From: Octopus sinensis
Taxonomy: Eukaryota
Length of the DNA: 64,000 bases
Reading direction: 5' to 3'
NCBI RefSeq assembly: GCF_006345805.1
Contig: NC_043014.1
Location: 40,300,001-40,364,000, forward strand
The notes under the pieces were generated by a model. That model was given only the letters and a program-made list of their open reading frames with translations, did no database searches and had not been told where the DNA came from. This document shows positions 11,968 through 24,626 of the stretch, in pieces. The translations under genes were made by a program, and so were the position numbers. How positions within the stretch are numbered: position 1 is the stretch's first letter; every line of letters starts with the position of its first letter.

Positions 11968-12010
11968 CCACTACAATCGTTTCTTGTCTTGATCGACAAT
12001 CTTCAGGTGG
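11968..12010 (-). ncRNA. Minimal type I hammerhead ribozyme motif (family A), left arm of foldback
   Basis: Same 43-nt motif as 172-214. Confidence 0.7.
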
Positions 12011-12876
12011 ACTTCCAATCTGATCGACATGTATCATGTGACTCCAGGTGTCCTCATAGGGTTCCTTGGCACAGTAGCAGGGGCCAGCAACAGCCAAATT
12101 TCTGGAGGCTAGGTGATGGGGCAGGGACAGTGGAGTGGTGTACGGCCCCTCCACGCGGTGCCAGACGGAAGGAGTCAGCTCCTGTAAATTTTCAGTTTCG
12201 AATCATTTCGACGAAATTTCTTTCTTTTTCTTCTCTTCTTTCTTCTTCTTCTTTTCTTTCTTTTTCTTTTTTTAAAGAAAATGTAATATTTTTGGGATAT
12301 TTGTAAGAATCTTAATCTCAGAAGTCTAATAATATACGTCTTTCAAGATGAATGCGGTTAAGTCGTCCTTCAAAGCGCATTTGATCCATTAAACGCCTGC
12401 TCTCGTACATATGAAATCCTGGGAAATTACCACCTTTCAAATATCAACTCGGGATAACAGTTGAACCAGGATTTCATATGTACGAGAGCAGGCGTTTAAT
12501 GGATCAAATGCGCTTTGAAGGACGACTTAACCGCATTCATCTTGAAAGACATATATTATTAGACTTCTGAGATTAAGATTCTTACAAATATCCCAAAAAT
12601 ATTACATTTTCTTTAAAAAAAGAAAAGAAAGAAAGAAGAAGAAGAAAGAAGAGAAAAAAAAAAAGAAAGAATTTCGTCGAAATGATTCGAAACTGAAAAT
12701 TTACAGAGCTGACTCCTTCCGTCTGGCACCGCGTGGAGGGGCCGTACACCACTCCACTGTCCCTGCCCCATCACCTAGCCTCCAGAAATTTGGCTGTTGC
12801 TGGCCCCTGCTACTGTGCCAAGGAACCCTATGAGGACACCTGGAGTCACATGATACATGTCGATCAGATTGGAAGT

Positions 12877-12919
12877 CCACCTGAAGATTGTCGATCAAGA
12901 CAAGAAACGATTGTAGTGG
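12877..12919 (+). ncRNA. Minimal type I hammerhead ribozyme motif (family A), right arm of foldback
   Basis: CCAC CTGAAGA TTGTC gatcaa GACAA GAAA C gatt G TA GTGG; predicted cleavage after GUA at 12915. Confidence 0.7.
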
Positions 12920-13096
12920 CGGTTTTTTTGACTATTTATTAAATTTTATGTATTGATTAAGTCTTTCCTTGTTTGTTTTGCAAAATAGTGGTTTTGTCTC
13001 AAATATATTTTATAATATTTTACTATAAAATTGGATTTAATCCTAAATCTGATTTTTTTCCCTGTAAATTTGGATATATTCCCTATATTTATTATT

Positions 13097-13127
<31 letters not shown>

Positions 13128-13149
13128 ATATATAATGAAATTATTGTAT

Positions 13150-13545
13150 ACAGTGCTCAGGTGCACCACAACTTGTCAAAAAGTGCGTATAAAGCATATG
13201 CAGTAATGTACAAATGTCTGAAAAGCAAACAGTGTATGAGTCAGATACATGCTTGCATGTGTATGGAGGGGAGAAAATCAGGTGTAGTGTTGGCGAATCT
13301 CAGGAAGCATGGAAGTTTTGAAGGATGCAGTGCTCCAACAACTAACAACTGATGCCGACAGACTGTTCCATGATTCAGCAACTCTTAGTGTGAAAAAATG
13401 TTTCCTAAAGTCATGGGAGCTGTGCTGTTTTTTGACTTTATAAACATGTCCATGGGTGTTAGACAGGTGGAGTTTGAATAGGTGCTCAGAGTTATTGTTA
13501 GTAAGATGGTTAATAATTTTATGGGTGTCTGCCAAGTCAGCTGCC
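13150..13545 (-). mobile_element. CR1-like LINE 3' fragment
   Basis: NTHGHVYKVKKQHS...RKHFFTLRVAESWNSL resembles the CR1/L2 terminal RGH..KL....R..FF..RV...WN.L motif. Confidence 0.75.
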
Positions 13546-14632
13546 AGACGTCGGAGTGCTTATTCAGTTGACCCTGAAGAGATGAAAGGCACAGTCAACC
13601 TCAGTGGAATTTGAACTTAGAATGTAAAGGTAGATGAGATGCAGCTAAGCATTTTGCCCACTGTGCTAACGATTCTACCCGCTTGCGGCTTTAATTTCCC
13701 AAGTATGGCTGGAATACTGTTACAGCTGAGTGAGCTGGAGCAACATGAAATGAAGTGCTCTGTTCAAGAACACAATGTACTGCACAGTTCAGGAATTGAG
13801 ATCACAATCTTACAATCGCGAATGCAGCACCCTAAATACTAGGCCACACATCTCTTACTTGGTTATGGTCATTTTATTCTTGTGTGGCGCTGTTTAGGTA
13901 GAGCTTTAAAAATGATATGATGGCATTTTATTCATCATTTATAAATTCAATTTGATCAGCTGGCACTCAAGGTGGAGGTACATGGCCTAGTGGTTAGAGT
14001 AGCGGACTCGCGGTTAAGGGATCATGTGTTCGAATCTCAGACCGGGTGATGTGTGTGTTTATGAGCAAAAACGATGTGTGTGTTTATGATGTGTGGCCAC
14101 AACTCGTGAGCTAAAACTAGATAAGATATAAAATATATATAAATATAAAACACCTAAGCTCCATGCAGCTCCAGCAGAAGGTAATGGTGAACTTCTGCTG
14201 ACTCTTTCATCACAACTTTCTCTCACTCTTTCCTCCACATCTAGCGGCTCACCTGTGACGGACCAGCGTCCCGTCCAGGTGTGGAACCTATACGCCAAGG
14301 AAACCGGGAAACCGGCCCTTATGAGCCAGGCGTGACTCAAGAAGGAACAAGCTAGCACTCAGTCATGAATCTGTTCTTCATGGATGAACAGAAAGTCTCT
14401 TGTAGTAGTCAAGTGATTAAAACTTATTAAAAAAAAAAAAAGATCTGTGGTATTTGAAGGATCATCCTGTTGAGGAGGTTGTGCTGCTTGTTCTGGTAGA
14501 GCCATTGTCTATAAGTTCTAAATATGCTTCTGCCTAATATAGTGTGATTCATTCAATCTAAACAACTTTTTTAATTACGTTTATATATTTGTTTTGCAAG
14601 ATTTTTGATGTGAAATCGTGTGTTGAAACAGA

Positions 14633-14833
14633 TATTGTTGTATTTAGGAATGGTCATTTTGCCAGTTTAACCAATAAGAACACACACACTATATATTTGG
14701 TGTTACTTTAAAAAATAAATAAGATTAAGATTAATGTAAAAAATAAACACTGAAGCAAAGTAACACCAAATATATAGTGTGTGTGTTTTTATTGGCTAAA
14801 CTGGCAAAATGACCATTCCTAAATACAACAATA
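14633..14833. repeat. 77-bp inverted repeat with 47-bp spacer
   Basis: Arms 14633-14709 and 14757-14833 with few mismatches. Confidence 0.85.
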
Positions 14834-14914
14834 ACGTTTTTAATATGTCAAATATAATATATTTTATCATATATATTCTTAATATATTTAAAATATCCTG
14901 GGTTTCCATTGTAG

Positions 14915-15187
14915 CAGATGCAGATTCTCCTTCCCCAATGATCCCAAGCAATTTGCAAGTATTCCAAAGAAGCAGTTCCCAAAGGAAGAAAGCATTGCAG
15001 TTACCGTCATCAGAGACTGAAGTTAATGCCAAACAGAAACAAACATGTCAAAATCTGGAAGAAATCCAAGAATTAAAAAGCCATTATAATCACCGCAATA
15101 TAGATGCTTTGGTCAAGGTGACTCGGAACACCCTAGAGGCCATTAGGAAGAGAATCACATCAAGCAATTCAATTATGCATTATATTG
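14915..15187 (+). CDS. DNAH5: Dynein heavy chain exon 6 (tandem acceptor: start 14915 or 14918)
   Basis: ttgTAGCAG acceptors, both phase 1; ATT G|gtaagt donor; [29 protein letters not shown]. Confidence 0.85.
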
Positions 15188-15981
15188 GTAAGTGCAGACT
15201 TAGCATTGAAATGGTCAACTCTTCACATGAAGATCCCATCATTCTTTAGTGTAAAATCCTGAACTTTGGTTTCTGACGATAATACATTTTTGTCATTTAC
15301 TCTTTTACTCTTTTACTTGTTTCAGTCATTTTTTGACTGCGGCCATGCTGGAGCACCGCCTTTTTTTTTTTTTTTTAGTTGAGCAAATCGACCCCAGGAC
15401 TTATTCTTTGTAAGCCTAGTACTTATTCTATCGGTCTCTTTTGCCGAACCACTAAGTTATGGGGATGTAAACATACCAGCATTGGTTGTCAAGCATTGTT
15501 GGGGGGACAAACACAGACACAAACACACACACACATACATACATATATATATATACGACGGGCTTCTTTCAGTTTCCATCTACCAAATCCACTCACAAGG
15601 CTTTTGTCGGCCCGAGGCTATAGTAGAAGACACTTTCCCAAGGTGCCATGCAGTGGGACTGAACCCGGAACCATGTGGTTGGTAAGCAAGCTACTTACCA
15701 CACAGCCACTCCTGTTTGTTTAGCTATTTGTTTTGTACATTTTCTCTTTCCTTTGATCCTCATCTTTTTAATTTCATTCTGTCATTATTCAATTTTTCCA
15801 TTATCATATCCTCATTCAACCGACCCATATTTTTGTTCAGTTTCTTATTTTGTCAATCTATTGAATTTTGTTTAGCGTGTCAGATGGAATACTTTATGGT
15901 GTTTATTCCACATCTCTGCAGACTAAATGCACAAAAATTGCCAGGGTCAACTTTGCCTTTCATTCTTTCAAGGTCAATAAA

Positions 15982-16373
15982 TCTCTCTATATATAAAGCT
16001 GAAGTTGTCTGTGTATGGCAGGTTTGGTAGCCTTCAACTAACACTATCTCCTCCGAGACCCTGCAGTGCAAGTTGACCAAAATTGAGAGCATGATAGAAG
16101 AAGACTTGCTCTTCCTTCCATAGAAGAAAAAATTCAAATCAGACCATGTTAACACCAAAAATTATTTACATCAAAAAGGTGCTTTTTTTCTATGAAAATC
16201 TCTATTTTTTACGATTTTTTAACTGCTGTGTCGCCATTTTTCAGTGTATTTCAACCAGAAAAATGTTCACTTAAAGAGAATAACAAGCTACATAATGCAA
16301 AATTTTTACTTTTCAAAAATTCCAATTCTAAAGGGTTGAAACAAACCCGAGCAATACCGGGCGATACTGCTAG
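15982..16373 (+). mobile_element. Non-autonomous Helitron
   Basis: A|TC start (tctctctatatataaa), subterminal hairpin cccg-agcaatac-cggg, CTAG|T end. Confidence 0.75.
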
Positions 16374-17411
16374 TGTTATAATATAAATCCAGTACTGAGA
16401 TCGATTCTTCTTTTCTCTCTGGGAAATACCAGTTGTGTTCAGACCTGGAGAGAGGTGAGGTTTTTGTAGGTCTTAAAATTCCCAATCCATCCTGTATAGA
16501 ATGGGAATTCCCCTTTGGAGGGATATTTACCATCATAGTCACCATCCTACAATCTCTTCTCTATAGACATGACTTATACAAGATATGGCTACTACAGTCT
16601 TACCTCTATCCTCTGATTGGGCTTGTTTTTAGCTTTAATTCTATTTCACATATATTCAATTTTGTTATTTCCTTTGATCAGCTTCCTTGAACGCTGACCT
16701 TTCTCATTACTTAATTAAATAACTCTTATTTGAAAATAGCCAGATGTCTTTCACTACTGACTGAATGACCTACTTAACAATCCTATCTTCTCTTTCCTTT
16801 GCTTTCTTTTTCCCCCACCTTTCTTTGGTCTCTCTACTATCCTCTTTGTCGCTCACTCCTTTCTCTGCACTTCCATTTGTCTTGAAGGGATCTTTACTCT
16901 TTTACTTGTTTCAGGCATTTGACTGTGGCCATGCTGGAGCACCGCCTTTAGTCGAGCAAATCAACCCCAGGACTTATTTATTTTTAAGCCTAGTACTTAT
17001 TTTATCGGCCTCTTTTGCCGAACCGCTAAGTTACGGGGACGTAAACACACCAGCATCGGTTGTCAAGCGATGTTGGGAGGACAAACGCAGACACACAAAC
17101 ATATACACACACATACATATATATATATATATGCATATATACGACGGGCTTCTTTCAGTTTCCGTCTACCAAATCTACTCACAAGGCTTTGGTCGGCCCG
17201 AGGCTATAGTAGAAGACACTTGCCCTAGGTGCCACGCAGTGGGACTGAACCCGGAACCATGTGGTTGGTAAGCAAGCTACTTACCACACAGCCAAAGCTT
17301 GAAGGAAAGAAAAGTATCCTCTTCTTTTCATGTTTTCTTGCCCGTCCCTTTTTTTACCTATGTACCTCTCACTATACCCTTCAGTTATTTCTCTTTGTCT
17401 GACTCTCTGTC

Positions 17412-17448
<37 letters not shown>

Positions 17449-18243
17449 TCAACTTATCAATGCTGTTATTTTTATGGACACCACTTCTCTTGATGCATTT
17501 GCTGTTAGTCTTTTGTGCAAAATATCATGAATTTGCCACATGAAAATACTCAGCAATCGAAATTCATGCTAGTTGATACTATCTCGACTTGTATGTTTTT
17601 GAATTATTTTGCTTCAGTATTACCCTTGTCTACACAATATACATTATCATATCAACCGTTCATAGATCTTCTGAAACAGCTGTAAAGACAAGACTTGCTT
17701 ACATCATGCAATTTATACTTACAATTCTTTATATCCATTGTCCTTTTTGACATACATTCAATTTTACTCATCCTTCTAACCAAATTTTCTATTTGCAACT
17801 ATCTCACCTTGATGAAGCAAATTGACCCAAGTACTTAGTTTAACTCTGGTTCTTATTCTATTGAGTCTCTTTTGCTGAACTGCTAACTTACCTAACCTTC
17901 AAGGATGTAAACAAACCAACACTGGTTGTGAAGCAGTGGGGGTGCAAACAAAAAGACTATATATATATTTATATATATATCAATACATATGACTGGCTTC
18001 CACACAGTTTCAATCCACCAAATTCACTCTGAAGAAGTTATAATAGAAAACACTTGCCCAAGATGTTGTGCAATGGGACTGAACCTGAGACGAGGCGTTT
18101 GCAGAGCAAGTTTCTTAACCACACAACCATGTAAAAAATATTCCTAGTAAACAATATAAGCAGCAAGTTAGCTCTTTATTTTACTTAGTATTTCTTTTCT
18201 ATAATTTTTCTTTCTCCTTTGAAATGATATTCCTTATATAAAA

Positions 18244-18478
18244 GTGGCGAGCTGGCAGAAACGTTAGCACGCCGGGTGAAATGCGTAGCTGTATTTCATC
18301 TGCTGTTACGTTCTGAGTTCAAATTCCGCCGAGGTCAACTTTGCCTTTCATCCTTTCGTGGTCGATAAATTAAGTACCAGTTACGCACTGGGGTCGATAT
18401 AATTGACTTAATCCATTTGTCTGTCCTTGTTTGTCCTCTCTGTGTTTAGCCCCTTGTGGATAGTAAAGAAATAGGTAT
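18244..18478 (+). mobile_element. tRNA-derived SINE family 3 (~235 bp, prone to tandem multimers)
   Basis: Head ggcgagctggcagaa and gagttcaaattcc box. Copies at about 21303-21722(-), 21917-22152(+), 22890-23128(-), 37490-37866(+), 45618-45848(+), 45879-46521(-), 60885-61575(+, diverged). Confidence 0.8.
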
Positions 18479-18763
18479 TCCTTATATCTTCTTTTAATTA
18501 TTTTCATTCTTTAAGCAGCTAATCTGTGTTGATAAAGAGCAATAACCCAGAAACTAGTATGCAGATGTTGTTTTGCACTAGATGGAAGTGCTGAGCTCCC
18601 TGTTCGAAAATATGAGGACATTAGATAGCGTGTCATATAGCCAGCTAGAAACGATGTTTCTTGGGGCTAAAACAACGGTAACATTGTCCTTTTCAGGACA
18701 GCCACATTATGTTGGCAAATAGTATTTCTTTTAATTTCTCTTAATCATCATCATCATCATCAT

Positions 18764-18806
<43 letters not shown>

Positions 18807-19583
18807 GTTTAATGTCTGGTTTCCATGCTGGCATGAGTTGGACGGTTTGATTGAGGACTGACGAGCCAGATGGCTGCACTAGACTCCAATCTGATCTGGC
18901 AGAGTTTCTACAGCTGGATGCCCTGCCTAATACCAACTACTCTGAGAGTGTAGTGGGTACTTTTACGTACCACCGCATGAGGGTCAGTCAGGTGGTACTG
19001 GCAATGACCATACTTAAAATGGTGTTTTTTATGTGCTACCTGCACAGGAGCCAGTCCAGTGGCCCTGACTTAAATGGTATTTTTTATGTGCCACTTGCAC
19101 AGGAGCCAGTCCAGCAGCACTGGCAACGACCTCACTCGAAAGTTGCTTTTCATGTGCCACCAGCACAAGTACCAGTAAAGTGACACTGGTAACAATCACA
19201 CTTCAATGGTGCTTTTTATGTGCCCCTGGCACAGGAACCAGTCAGCGACCCTGGCAAACAATCGTGCTCGGATGGTGCCAGTCAGGTGGTGCTGTCATCG
19301 GGCCACGTCAGCGAATTTGATTTTGATTGTGATTTCACTTGCCTCAACAGGTCTTCGCAGGCAAAGTTTAGTGTCCAACAAAAGAAAGGTATGCATAAGT
19401 AGGCTGCCCTTTCACGAACCCTATTTTCTTTGAATCTGCTCATCTTTCAGTCTTCCTTTTTTCTCCTATCTCCATTCTTTCTACTGCCCTGTCTATCTCT
19501 CTGTGTCTTTTCTTTTTATTAGATTCCTTCCTGTCCACTTTTCATTCTTCAGTTTCTAACAGTTATTCATTTATCTCTTTCAG

Positions 19584-20101
19584 AATCACAGAAATATGCT
19601 GAGGGTGCTAAAAAGAATTCCCGTCCATTTTTCCACGCCGATGCTATTTTAACCATTCCCAGTATTACTGTCCAACCAGCCCTTGATGAAATACAACAAG
19701 TCATCAACAGAGCTGTTCATATGATTGTTGGCGTGCACAAACATGTTGCCCACTGGTCGAAACAGCCACCCAAATTTATGAAGGTCAAGGTGAAAAGTGG
19801 AACTAATATCGTTGGTCCATTTTTAACAACTTCCGCAACAGAAGCAGCAGCAATGTCAAGTGTGTCTTTTGCTATGGAAAGCCAAGAAAGACTAACAAGT
19901 CTGAGTACTAATGATTTATCAGAGAGTGTGCACAGTGACCCATTCACAAAGAGCAGTCACAGTCGAGTTGATCTTGATAACTCCACAGAGATTTCCAGCG
20001 TACAGCCTTTGTCCAAAAGTTATTACAAATGTATATCGGAGAATAAAGACATTGCAAAACTGGTCTCCTTACTGTCAACGTCCATAAACTCAACGAAAAA
20101 G
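19584..20101 (+). CDS. DNAH5: Dynein heavy chain exon 7
   Basis: ctttcag|AA ... AAG|gtaaat, phase 1 to 0; PFFHADAILTIPSITVQPALDEIQQVIN and YYKCISENKDIAKLVSLLSTSINSTKK. Confidence 0.9.
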
Positions 20102-20179
20102 GTAAATCTTGATTTTTATGAAAGAGAGAGAGAGAGAGAGAGAGAGAAATTCATCTATAATATTCATTTTATATCTTAA

Positions 20180-20482
20180 CTAGCACTACGACCCCCGGCA
20201 ACTGTCCAAATCTCTGACCAGTCACATACAGCTAGCTGGCATTCAATTGGCGTATCAAATTTCGGGCATTTTGATTGGGTTTTGGATAGAAAATTCACAA
20301 AAAAGTCACTTCTATTGATTTTTTAATGGCTTTGCCGGGTGACTGGGGAAATGTAAAGATGTGCACGACCACCCTTGGACGGTTTTGAATGACCATAGAA
20401 AGTGCGAGCCCTCTAACGGAAAAATTGTGGATTTGTATAAAGGACACACACACAGACATTTTGCCGTTTATATATATAGAGA
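20180..20482 (-). mobile_element. Non-autonomous Helitron
   Basis: Minus strand A|TCtctatatata start and gtgCTAG|T end. Confidence 0.65.
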
Positions 20483-22369
20483 TAAACTATAGCCAGTCGC
20501 TTATCACAGCAATTTTTGAGGGTAAATTTAACAGGAGAATGTTTTAACTTGGTGCAGAGCAAATGTCACAGAAGAGCTTTGCTTTCTTTTTTCTTTGCTT
20601 TTTCGCATTTGTGTCCATATCTTTCATCTTCTATACTATACCATTAATTAGCACTTCATGATTACATGATGGGTTGTACCAAATTATATATCTTGATCTA
20701 TTCTTCTTAACTCTACCCTAGTTGTCGATAAAATCCATTCCCTTAACCCTTTCATTACTGTATTTATTTTGAGATGTTTTGTTTTTTGTTTCAGTTATTT
20801 TTGATATAACAAAGAATTTAGTAAAATGACTTAGTTATCGCGCGCGTGTGTGTGTATGTGAGTGTGTGTGTGTGTGTGTTGAAGCAAATATCGAACCCAA
20901 AAACTGTTTTGTCAAGATTGTTCAATGCAAAGTCCACTACATATACAGAAAAAAACCCCAGAATTTCCTATATTTTCCCTATATTGCCCTATATTTTCTC
21001 TGTTTTTCCCATTGCTGTTTTTAATTAGGAAGAACATATTTAACATCGTTATTGAAGGCGCATGTAAAGACCAATTAAATTAGAATTAGTCATTGACTAA
21101 TATTGTTTTATTCTCATTGCACAATAAAATACAGTAAATAAACAAGCAGGATGTTGTAGGCATGAAAACAATGGACAAATAACTGATAAAGAACAAAAGA
21201 AAAACCTATTATTGACAGCTACCTGGAATGGGGCTAATTAGAATATATTGCTTTGGCTAGTAATTAAACACTTACAGTAGATTTAAAAAGTCTTTCTTTA
21301 TTATATATTTCTTTACTACCCACAAGGGGCTAAACATAGAGGGGACAAGCAAGGACAGACAAAGGGATTAAGTCGATTACATCGACCCTAGTGCAAAACT
21401 GGTACTTTATTTATCAACCCCGAAAGGAGAAAGGCAAAGTCGACCTCGGCGGAATTTGAACTCAAAACGTAGCAGCAGATGAAATACCTATTTCTTTACT
21501 ACCCACAAGGGGCTAAACATAGAGGGGACAAGCAAGGACAGACAAAGGGATTAAGTCGATTACATCAACCCCAGTGCGTAACTGGTACTTATTTAATCGA
21601 CCCCCAAAAGGATGAAAGGCAACATCGACCTCGGTGGAATTTGAACTCAGAATGTAACGGCAGACAAATACAGCTATGCATTTCGCCTGGCATGCTAACG
21701 TTTCTGCCAGCTCACCTCCTTATCTTCCTTTATTATAAAGATGGTGGTTGTTGGACTCCTTTGTTGCTTCAATGAATGACAGTTCAACAGGAAACGGCTG
21801 TACAGACTTCTTAGTACAATGTTTCGCTGTGTCATCTCATGTGGAAATTCAGGATTTGCAGATCCAGTTGTGGACAATGCAGTAGTGGTTTCCATCATTT
21901 GGTGGTAGATTAGATAAGGTGGCGAGCTGGCAGAAACGTTAGCACACCGGGCGAAATGCATAGCCATATTTCATCTGCCGTTACGTTCTGAGTTCAAATT
22001 CCACCAAGGTCGACTTTGCCTTTCATCCTTTCGGGGTCGATAAATTAAGTACCAGTTACGCACTGGGGTCAATGTAATCGACTTAATCCCTTTGTCTGTC
22101 CTTGTTTGTCCCCCTCTGTATTTAGCCCCTTGTGGGTAGTAAAGAAATAGGTAGATTAGACCTGGCTCTATTATGCTAAACTTTTTTTCTCTTTCATAGT
22201 GTTGGCAGCCTGACAGTTGAAAATGGCTTGGTAGCAAAAGCTTCTCCACTGAGGTCTATTTGGTGCTACCAATTCCCATGTCTTCAGATTTAACCTCAGG
22301 TTTTCTAGTAGGTCTTTTGAGTTTCCTTATAACAAAGCAGTGGATGGCCTTTGTATCTACCATTCCAAA

Positions 22370-22570
22370 GACTGGAGCAGTTTGAATAGGAAACAATGCC
22401 TCACCATATTCGTCAGACATTGCCCCATCTGATTATCATTTATTCTGCAGTCTTCAAAATCATTTGGGCAGAAAAATTACAATTTCTGTAAACGAGGTCA
22501 GAATAGTACTGGAGGAGTATTTTTCGTCACAGACAAGTGAATTTTGGGAGAGGGGCCTTGCAAGTCTACC
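22370..22570 (+). mobile_element. Mariner transposase C-terminal remnant
   Basis: PYSSDIAPSDYHLFCSLQNHL and FSSQTSEFWERGLASLP motifs. Confidence 0.65.
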
Positions 22571-23813
22571 AGTGACCTAAGCTAGCTATAGAAGTGACTT
22601 CTATGCATACCACACAGCCAATTCATCTCAGTTGCGCAATGATAAGGAATGTCACATAATGACTATGGCTTATTTAAAAGTGTGATGCAAAATCCATGAA
22701 TATTCTGAGTGTAATTAAGAATCTCTTATTTCTACGATTTCATTTTATTAAAATGACATTTAAAGGAAGAATATTTTATTCAACATTACCACAGTTCACC
22801 CAAAAGCTGCAAATATCAAGTGGATCATCTGTTATTTAGTATGCAAAAATCTCAGGCCTTGGGGTGTGGTTAAGGAGCTTGTTTGTTATTTCTTTACTGC
22901 CCACAATAGGGCTACACATAGAGGGGACAAACAAGGACAGACAAACGGATTAAGTCGATTAAGTTGAGGACATCGGCCCCAGTGCATAACTGGTACTTAT
23001 TTACTAGACACTGAAAGGATGAAAGGCAAAGTCAACCTCGGCGGAATTTGAACTCAGAACATAGTGGCAAACGAAATACCGCTAAGCATTTCGCCCGGTG
23101 TTCTCACATTTCTGGCAGCTCACTGCCCTTTTAAGGAGCTTGTTTGTAATCACATGATTTTAAGTTCAGTCCCACTGTGTGACACCTTGGGCACGTGTCT
23201 TCTGTTATAGTTCTCGGCTGAATAATGTTTATTGAGTGAATTTGGCTAACGGAGACTGTGTGGAAGCCTGTCATCTATACACATGTGTGTGTATGTTTTT
23301 GTGTATGTATGTATGCATGTGTATGTGTTTGTGTGTGTTTGTATGTGTTTGTGTGTGTTTGTATGTGTTTGTGTGTGTCCCCACCACATACACTCGACTA
23401 CCGCTTGACGACTGGTATTGGTTTGTTTATGTCCCTGTAATTTAGTGGCTTAGCAAAAGAACAGAATAAGTGCTAGATTAAATAAAAAAACAAAAAAAAA
23501 CACTAAAAGATATAAGTAGTGGGAACAAGTTTGACTAAAACCTTTCAAGATGGTGTCTCAGCATGGCTACTGACCAGTGAAATGTTAGAAGATATGTTAA
23601 AGATATACTCTTTTACTCTTTTACTTGTTTCAGTCATTTGACTGTGGCCATACTGGAGCACCGCTTTTAGTCGAGCAAATCGACCCCAGCACGTATTCTT
23701 TGTAAGCCTAGTACTTATTCTATCAGTATCTTTTGCCGAACCGTTAAGTTACAGGGACCTAAACACACCAGCATTGGTTGTCAAGCGATATTGGGGGGAC
23801 AAACATACACACA

Positions 23814-23863
<50 letters not shown>

Positions 23864-24626
23864 CATATATACGACGGGCTTCTTTCAGTTTCCGTCTACC
23901 AAATCCATGCACAAGACTTTGATTGGCCCGAGGCTATAGTAGAAGACACTTGCCCAAGGTGCCATGCAGTGGGACTGAACCCGGAATTATGTGGTTGGTA
24001 AGCAAGCTACTTACCACACAGCCACTCCTACGCCTATATGTTAGAAGATATGTCAGATATGTTAGAACATTGTACCGAGAAAGATATTTGTTTCTTAATC
24101 TCTTCCTACCTATAAACTAGATCTGAAGTACATTTGGTTAAATTGATCAACATATAGAAATTACCAACTTAGAATTGCTGCAGACTTTGATATTTCTATT
24201 AAACAATCTATAAATTTGTTGAATATCGGAGTTTTAAAAAGGTTGAAAGAGAAAATGAAACTAGAGAATTCTAAAATAATTTGGTTTTCATAGAAGAATG
24301 CAAAAAAGTACAGAGATGTATTTGCATAGCAAATGACTTGATCTGAGATTGTGAGCTGAAACAAAAACAATTCCAGTGTGGAAGGTGTTTATAAGCCATA
24401 TAAAAAACACACAAAAACTGTTAGCTTCACTTCATGAAGCTAACAGTTTTTGCGTGTTTTTTACTGTATAATATTCAACGCTTTCAAAAACAAAAGAACT
24501 TTGTTTATACACACACATATATATAAATATATTTACTTGTTTATATGAAAGCATGCATGTGTATATGTGTATATATCTATATCTATCTACCTCTCTCTCT
24601 CTCTCTCTCTCTCTCACTCACTATAT

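Larger units (their letters stand above)
11869..13095. mobile_element. Foldback element with ~550-bp near-identical inverted arms and a 43-bp spacer (12423-12465), embedded in (TA)n; probable inverted Penelope-like terminal repeats
   Basis: Arms are reverse complements (identical ORFs on opposite strands in the ORF track) and each holds a hammerhead motif. The terminus is shared with positions 1-220. The Penelope assignment is inference. Confidence 0.75.

Noticed and set aside
11989-12306. ORF MIDNLQVDFQ... repeated on the opposite strand at 12701-12898
   Set aside because: A by-product of the inverted repeat, with a non-ATG start and no recognisable homology.
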